DNA from: an uncultured virus (IMG/VR IMGVR_UViG_3300047094_000227)
Taxonomy: Duplodnaviria > Heunggongvirae > Uroviricota > Caudoviricetes > Crassvirales
Direction: 5' to 3' (one strand)
IMG/VR virus record: IMGVR_UViG_3300047094_000227
Span: 1 to 64,000 of that record
DNA length: 64,000 nt
The notes under the pieces are model-generated. The model saw nothing but the letters and a program-made list of their open reading frames with translations, did no database searches and was not told the origin of the DNA. A program made the translations under genes and the position numbers. Below, in pieces: positions 58,701-64,000 of the stretch (position 1 is the stretch's first letter; every line of letters starts with the position of its first letter).

Positions 58701-60684
58701 TAGTAAATGTAGCAGATCCTGTAACTACTAAAGGAACTGTAATAGAACATATGCTAGTCATTCCTAAAGGCATAGCAACAGCAGTAACTTCTCCTGTATA
58801 ACAATCAGTTATTTGCATTGTACCAACTGTGGCAACTACAACTTTAAATGTTTGACATTGAGCGTTATAAGCATTATTATCTTTTAATAAAAATGGATCA
58901 GTCTTAATGTCATTATAAGGATAGTTAGGATAGTAATATTGTGTACCTTCTCTTTCATAAGTACCAACATTTCTTAACATACCTTTTGCTACAATAGATT
59001 TGTTTGTAGCCCTATCACCTCTTACAATTTTATATGCAACTATATCAGCTTTTTGATCAGCTGTTAGATTAGAGTTATCAATTAACGATATTACCTGTTG
59101 TGTATTTATTTTAACACCAATAGGATATAAAGCATTTGCTTTTTGAAGTTCTGGAAAATTATAGTTTGGAGCTTGTGACTCAAACATTGGACTAACTAGA
59201 ATATCAGGAAATTTATGATGACGAATCTTTTGTCCAGCTAAATCTCCATATACAAAAGTGTTACATGGATATTCCTCATTAGATTCCCAATACGCAAAAT
59301 CACCAAATTTATATGGTGTAGCATTTCCAATATTAGGTCCTAAAGCATCTCCAACTACAGTTGCAGTGTTGTATATTTTCCAATAAGGAGCAGTTGTTCC
59401 TGTACCAATAAAATCAGCATTTGTAGATTTATTAACAATTACTAAATCATCAGCTGTAGCAGCCCTACCAGGAATATGAAAACCATCTGTTTGCTTACCA
59501 TTTCTCAATAAGAAAACAATTTCAAATGCATATATTTCATCACGTAGATATCCACGTAAATTAGTAGCATTTAGTTCATCAGCGTAAGTTTCTCCAGCTG
59601 GAATTTTGTAAGTTTGCCATTGAAGATCAATTTTACTAGCAATACTTTGATAATTAATTTTATCAATAGATGTAAGTTGATCCCATACAAGAATATCTTG
59701 TACAGCTGTTAAATCTTGTGCAATCTCATAGTACGGAAACTTTTCAAATATATCAGCAATTGCTAAACTGATAGCTGTTACATCTTGTCCTGTATAAGTA
59801 ATTTGATTTGTAGCACCATCAATAAAATATGTACCTACTAATTGAACAGAGGTGATATCATTTATTGTTTTAATTACAGCTAGATTGTAATATTCAAAGT
59901 ATCCTGTTAAATCAATATTGCTTATATCAACTACAATAGATCTACCTACAGCGTAATCAAAGTTAGCTGTGGTTAATTTTGGATTAGCAATAGGAGTTGG
60001 ATTAGTTACTGAATAGTAAGACGTATAAGCATCTCCTTGTGCACTACAATATTGAATAGCAAATTGATATGTACCAGCTTTTAAATCTCCACCATTAATA
60101 ACATCAACAACTTCTAAATCTGGAATACTAAAATTAGGTTGTATCTTTAATTTATTACAATCAAGTATTGGTGTTACAATAGGATCACAAATAACACCAT
60201 CTGGAAAAGTTGTAATATATGGAATGTTATCAAGATCTAAATATCTTCTAGGGTTTAATCCATCTGTCCAATAAATCTCTGTACTACAATTTGAAATCTT
60301 GTGTACAGCTTTTTGTATTGGATAGTTAATATTAAAGTTTAAACAAAGTCCTTCTACGTACATGTGATAGATACAATCGTTGTTATCCATGTATCCAATC
60401 TGAGAAGCCCCAGTTTCAGGATTGGTTAAAAAGAATATATGTTGATTCTTCTCTTGAATAAAATGTGTTCCAATAAGAAGAAAGTTCTCAGGAAAGTTTA
60501 GACATACCTCATTACCTGGTTCATTTTGGTAGTTTACAGCAGTGGCACTAAAATTCTCAACAGATGCATTTAAGGCATACGTAAGCTTACCCTTCTCAAC
60601 TTGGTTTACAGATGAGTCCATGTTTAGTCCAGTTCTACCTAGACTAAATTCCTGTCTAATATTTCCTTGTTCTTGCTCTGCCAT
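55792..60684 (-). CDS. crAss-like muzzle / tail stabilisation protein
   Basis: 1630 aa; GLNMD...YALNA, YWTDGLNPRRY, GYLRDEIYAF, FGGDTFI, SWTLSY...WVSFHSY motifs; located downstream of the ring genes. Confidence 0.8.
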   Translation of the reverse strand: MAEQEQGNIRQEFSLGRTGLNMDSSVNQVEKGKLTYALNASVENFSATAVNYQNEPGNEVCLNFPENFLLIGTHFIQEKNQHIFFLTNPETGASQIGYMDNNDCIYHMYVEGLCLNFNINYPIQKAVHKISNCSTEIYWTDGLNPRRYLDLDNIPYITTFPDGVICDPIVTPILDCNKLKIQPNFSIPDLEVVDVINGGDLKAGTYQFAIQYCSAQGDAYTSYYSVTNPTPIANPKLTTANFDYAVGRSIVVDISNIDLTGYFEYYNLAVIKTINDITSVQLVGTYFIDGATNQITYTGQDVTAISLAIADIFEKFPYYEIAQDLTAVQDILVWDQLTSIDKINYQSIASKIDLQWQTYKIPAGETYADELNATNLRGYLRDEIYAFEIVFLLRNGKQTDGFHIPGRAATADDLVIVNKSTNADFIGTGTTAPYWKIYNTATVVGDALGPNIGNATPYKFGDFAYWESNEEYPCNTFVYGDLAGQKIRHHKFPDILVSPMFESQAPNYNFPELQKANALYPIGVKINTQQVISLIDNSNLTADQKADIVAYKIVRGDRATNKSIVAKGMLRNVGTYEREGTQYYYPNYPYNDIKTDPFLLKDNNAYNAQCQTFKVVVATVGTMQITDCYTGEVTAVAMPLGMTSICSITVPLVVTGSATFTNVTAVSYTLTSYLSIPSTSTTFIYTDPVTLVSVNVTVPVNTSITVSSTTVPSRVSGSPRYTILETTNNKNTNCYPVNLSGFDNSSKYRMVFNSPETSFGQPYLGNVLKLESAMFGGGRAHFVQVKNHALYKLITKQAQVDALTSSYNIANITAPFNATAMFTAYQAYLTIYINGISRRNFTYSFNSTAQYDYNADVQNAAPDAFGNIGVKQRELDLYQYLIPGFQSVGDVYNVNNFQRESSVYLKTLDAITPLPFAEQTPSLVVAGNSLITDDSRFTISSRDNCASPEMQEPIKVVSYYGSIKNININQWGQLYSYQTIDTGFQKHLSDVAGVDTVFGGDTFIGRFAYKTKLPFFIDNRVGAPDDSDIFYDELGNVAYPQYWYSARSILSNYKAGATLMKNIISIKAHYLDCPNDYTFISNTTTTTSTTAAPGSTSLSDTTYSYDGKMYLFAYGIPYYYVESSINVDLRQAFNNLEGDYYPHVSSGIPDNWLQQSVVPIQFDNTYTYNVTYSKQNKENFFSHLPVDFDDDQCYTSFPFRAVYSEAQADNPSVRVNSWLNYKPVAFFDFPQNYGKLTSLDGIQNKAVLARFENKSLLYNTLLTMNTSNPQAAYLGNPSLFRSAPPIDFAETDLGYVGSQNKFLLKIPNGQVTIDAKRGQVFLINGMGGQIQDLSAFGSGLNKFFTDHLAFEILRYYPNADTDNHFNACGLHGVYDSKYDRIIISKLDYIPQPAYASVIKYDELTGEYYIDKAYGDLSLRKVVSLTDRQYFCNKSWTLSYSVNIQSWVSFHSYIPNYYIAENNFFYSGLNEGCDLEAIAVMEIPSPTTTTTTTVILNCNLGGTAEYVIPVTTTTTSTSSTTTSTTTTEPPSANCTLTAGSVQESYFLYSEDRFHFSNSVLGTCIAVASPAYYQPGTLLFDPVVKLFQDPEGLVPFPYTYVTDTLFSSLPTPIYNYSSTTGVVGSYVSSCLN

Positions 60685-60689
60685 AATTA

Positions 60690-61658
60690 TTAATTATTTC
60701 TTCTCCTGCCGTATCTGTTAGTTCTGTTAGGTAACTCATACATTTGGAATCTGTTCAAGTCATTTTTAATTCTTCTTTGCTTCTCCCAAGGAGTTTGTTT
60801 CTTGATTTCAATATCAGCCATGATAAACGCTTCATCATGTAACTGTTTGTAATAAGCTAGCTTTTGTTGTATTTGTTGGAAGGTCTCATCATTAATTTGA
60901 TTTGAAAGAGTTTCAAACACTTTATATTTAATGAATGCTTCTACAAATTCTCTAATACGATAGTTATCAGGAATTAATTGATTACCTATATTATCATACT
61001 CTGTAGCATAAAATAATAGATGTACTACACCATTTCTGAAGTTAGTAACAAATTTATTATCTCTAATGTCAAATGAATCATAACCAGCAGAACCAGGGGT
61101 GAACTCATGTACTGTTGGAGGTGGAGCATAAAACTCCCAAGCATTGCTGTATTCAACCTCACAGTTGTTTCTTGCAGAAATGTTACCTGGTTTTAATAAA
61201 TATTCTTGTCTATAAGATCTAGCTATTGCATTGTTTGTTTTGTATACAGCTTGTATAAGCTCAGGCATACATGTAGGACAACCTGTTGTACAGTTAGGTT
61301 CTACGCAAGGAACTCCACCACTAGTGATAGGTGCTATTTGAATAGTTGTTTGAGATGCAGCTTGTGAGTAGAATGAGTTAGCTGATTGATAAGGATAACC
61401 TGGAATCTCAGTACACATCCAAGCTTCTCTAGCAGCATAAAAGTTATCAGGAAGCCTAGCTTCAAAGTCCTCAATATAAAGAACTTGCTCAGCAATAGCA
61501 TAAGTTGTCCTACCTAACTTGTTTAAACACTTGTTTAAATAAGTAGGGAAAAGCAAATCATCCACAGCTCCTGTGTCAAAATAGCTTTTTAATTCTTCTT
61601 TAACAGTTGCATAAACTGGTTCAGGAGATACAAATCTGTACTTATAATAGTATGACAT
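60690..61658 (-). CDS. crAss-like tail ring/tubular protein
   Basis: 322 aa; LPDNF...NFRNGVVHL.FY...IPD...AFIKYK; directly upstream of the muzzle gene. Confidence 0.65.
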   Translation of the reverse strand: MSYYYKYRFVSPEPVYATVKEELKSYFDTGAVDDLLFPTYLNKCLNKLGRTTYAIAEQVLYIEDFEARLPDNFYAAREAWMCTEIPGYPYQSANSFYSQAASQTTIQIAPITSGGVPCVEPNCTTGCPTCMPELIQAVYKTNNAIARSYRQEYLLKPGNISARNNCEVEYSNAWEFYAPPPTVHEFTPGSAGYDSFDIRDNKFVTNFRNGVVHLLFYATEYDNIGNQLIPDNYRIREFVEAFIKYKVFETLSNQINDETFQQIQQKLAYYKQLHDEAFIMADIEIKKQTPWEKQRRIKNDLNRFQMYELPNRTNRYGRRRNN

Positions 61659-61661
61659 AAT

Positions 61662-62138
61662 TTATTTTTTCCACTCACGATAGATGTGTTGATACGTATC
61701 GTTTGTTTTTATATAATGTGAGAGCAATCTTGATGTAACTCTTGAAGGTTTAAAATACCACAAGTCTATGTTTCTTAGTCTGGCAGTTTCTTTAAACCAT
61801 ACCCAGCCAAAAAAGTAACCCTCTGTGTGATAATTAAAGTTGTATATAATTTTTCCCTTCTCTTTAGACTTTTGCCAGTCTACTGGTAAGTTAATGTACT
61901 CCTTACCATTGATATCCTTAACCTTCTTTCTTTTCTTTTTATTGATTGAGAACTCACCAAACCCAAAAGGTAGCTTTGCTTTTTCTCCAGTTTCTAGTAT
62001 ATAACTTTTAAAATTCTCATTATAAGAATATAAAATGTTTCTCCACTCATCAAATGTAATTTTAATTGTGGGATGCTTCTTGCAAAAGTTATTGTAGTTT
62101 TCTTTACTGGAGCTTCTCCAATCAATTTTTATCCTCAT
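61662..62138 (-). CDS. crAss-like IHF/HU-related protein
   Basis: KLPFGFGEFSI arm, PVDWQKS and FNYHT.GY motifs. Confidence 0.7.
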   Translation of the reverse strand: MRIKIDWRSSSKENYNNFCKKHPTIKITFDEWRNILYSYNENFKSYILETGEKAKLPFGFGEFSINKKKRKKVKDINGKEYINLPVDWQKSKEKGKIIYNFNYHTEGYFFGWVWFKETARLRNIDLWYFKPSRVTSRLLSHYIKTNDTYQHIYREWKK

Positions 62139-62872
62139 TACTGGGTTGGTTGTGCATTAGGAGCTTGCCCATCAACACCGTTATCTGCCATATCTGTTTT
62201 AATACTAAAATATGTAGATAATAATTTTTGAGACGTAAGCTCTAATACTTGTTTCTCAAGATATCCTGGACAACCATATTCTTTATCCAAAGGATTTTTA
62301 CAGTATTCTTCATCAGTAACCTCAGGACCAGTACCACAACCACATTCTGGATACGCAATATCATTAGGAATATCTTCTTCAAAGAATGCTGATATCCTAA
62401 CTGATTTTAAATTTGGATTACTCAAATATAAGTAACCTTCATTTGCTATCCAATAGTATGTTTGTTTTTTAATAATAGGAAGTCCCAGTAAGTTTAAATA
62501 TCTATTGATTGTAATCTCTTTAAACTTTGTACCCATTCCTCCCATAGCGTTTATAGAATAAACACCTTGTATCAAATATTGATAATTTCCTTCTGTAATT
62601 CTAGGAAGTTTATATTTACTTCTAGAAACAGTACATGGATCTACGTAATTACAACAGTCAGAAATAGGAACTTCTACCATTTCCAAACATTGGATGGTAT
62701 TAAAGACAGTATCAGTAGCCCAAAGCTTTCTGAGATTTGTCTCACGTTTAACTAATAACTGTGTGTTGTTTCTAATCTCTGATGCAATAACCCTATCTGT
62801 GATAACGTTATCTGTGGATATAAGCTTATGCATTCCACGCACATCTGAAACTAACTTACGTAATGTTGCCAT
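62138..62872 (-). CDS. crAss-like tail ring protein
   Basis: 244 aa; MATLRKLV..., Q...CLEM..V...CC, YLY, FED pattern; position in the tail module. Confidence 0.65.
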   Translation of the reverse strand: MATLRKLVSDVRGMHKLISTDNVITDRVIASEIRNNTQLLVKRETNLRKLWATDTVFNTIQCLEMVEVPISDCCNYVDPCTVSRSKYKLPRITEGNYQYLIQGVYSINAMGGMGTKFKEITINRYLNLLGLPIIKKQTYYWIANEGYLYLSNPNLKSVRISAFFEEDIPNDIAYPECGCGTGPEVTDEEYCKNPLDKEYGCPGYLEKQVLELTSQKLLSTYFSIKTDMADNGVDGQAPNAQPTQ

Positions 62873-64000
62873 TATAAATACTGTTTAAATATATTTGTCA
62901 TTCCTGACCCTTGTTCTATTAAGAATCCAGTCACTTCTGCTTTAGACATTGTGTGACCGTTCTTATCATCCCAAAGGCTTTTAGCATTAGAAAATGCTGG
63001 TATTTGGTAAAATTTAATACCATTAAAGTCGTGACTTACTTCATGGTGTTTGTCTCCTGTGAATATGTAGAAGTTGTTATGGAAAGACCATCCTTCTCTA
63101 AATTCTATTGGGAATAGTGCTGCTAACTTAGCAGGTTTGATTGCATCTCCATGGTTAAACATCATTGCTGAATTACCATAGCTTATATACTTTCTATACT
63201 TAGGAGAACAGTCAAAAGTTAATCTATCTGTATTTCTAAAATAGGTTTGTAACCAATTAACCATGTGCCATCCTACAAACTCATCATGATTACCTGCTAC
63301 GTACACAACATTCACATTTTCAGCATATTGTAATAACATTGTAATCATTAACACCTCATGCCCACAGATGTATTCAAAAGATGTTTGATATGTATGAGTG
63401 TTTGTTTGAGGAGTACCTTTTGTAGTCATTCCTGTAAACTCACTGTTAAACTCATCAGAACCAATGATGTATGTAATTTGCTCTAAGTTGTTGGAAAGCT
63501 GTGCTTGATTAGCAATCAACTCTACCTTGTACATGATGTTAGAAAGTCTATCAACTATATCATTGTTGCCATCAATGTCATATTTGTTTAAGTGAGAGTC
63601 TTGTTTATTGATAACCAACATACCATTACTCTTACCGTTTACAAACTTAGGACTCATAATGTCCTGACTAACAGGCTTATATGAAGCTAAAAAGTCCACA
63701 AAGCTATCTTGAAACACTTGCTCTGCAGACTTCTTTCCTAACCAGGCTTTTACTTGCCAGTGTGGACTATCTCCGTTTCCCCAATAGTTTTGTACGTATT
63801 TAGTTATCTCCCACTTATCTGTGTCTATCTTACACTTCTCAATAAGCTCATCAAGGCTTTTAATCTCTTCTGTAACGTTAGCTACAATCTCTCCAGTTCC
63901 TTTCACTAGGTCTTCTGTAAACTTAACTACAGTGTCCTCTAAATCAGATATATAGTTGCCAACTATGGCTTCATCTTCTCTTTTTCTAATATCTGTTAAC
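62872..64000 (-). CDS. Calcineurin-like metallophosphoesterase, 5' end beyond the window
   Basis: DSH, GSD, GNHD, HGD and GDKHH motifs. The frame stays open from the track start (63906) to the window end. Confidence 0.85.
   Translation of the reverse strand, partial: LTDIRKREDEAIVGNYISDLEDTVVKFTEDLVKGTGEIVANVTEEIKSLDELIEKCKIDTDKWEITKYVQNYWGNGDSPHWQVKAWLGKKSAEQVFQDSFVDFLASYKPVSQDIMSPKFVNGKSNGMLVINKQDSHLNKYDIDGNNDIVDRLSNIMYKVELIANQAQLSNNLEQITYIIGSDEFNSEFTGMTTKGTPQTNTHTYQTSFEYICGHEVLMITMLLQYAENVNVVYVAGNHDEFVGWHMVNWLQTYFRNTDRLTFDCSPKYRKYISYGNSAMMFNHGDAIKPAKLAALFPIEFREGWSFHNNFYIFTGDKHHEVSHDFNGIKFYQIPAFSNAKSLWDDKNGHTMSKAEVTGFLIEQGSGMTNIFKQYL

Noticed and set aside
1..64000. Stop-codon reassignment as in some crAss-like phages
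   Set aside because: Very long ORFs are intact in the standard code, and TAG and TGA end tightly packed genes.
1..64000. tRNA, rRNA, integrase, transposase, intron or intein
   Set aside because: None recognised by eye; intergenic gaps are mostly too short. A covariance or HMM search was not possible.

Overview
AT-rich 64 kb segment of a crAss-like (Crassvirales-type) phage genome, read in the standard genetic code. Bacteroidota-type TTG-N~19-20-TAnnTTTG promoters and AT-rich leaders without Shine-Dalgarno sites point to a Bacteroidota host. Most genes lie on the minus strand. In transcription order they are: a metallophosphoesterase; tail ring and IHF-like genes; a muzzle/tail-stabilisation gene that appears split; virion cargo genes including a 3923-aa RNA polymerase (GSDFDIDK) and a 2781-aa polyvalent protein; two Gly-Thr-Ser repeat fibre genes; a lysis cassette around a GH19 endolysin; a HPAT-like glycosyltransferase; a ferritin-like protein; and a tandem run of small basic MAT(A/V)KK proteins. 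A plus-strand operon (8.3-14.3 kb) encodes a methyltransferase/GT-A/GT4/TibC-like heptosyltransferase fusion, APS kinase, a minimal HxGH nucleotidyltransferase, a GT9-like enzyme and a sulfotransferase. The main hypothesis is a phage-encoded protein O-glycosylation and sulfation system acting on the Ser/Thr-rich virion proteins. Two structural genes also appear to be split exactly where poly-Thr linkers and Cys-capped modules are inserted. All family assignments come from recognising motifs by eye; no searches were run.
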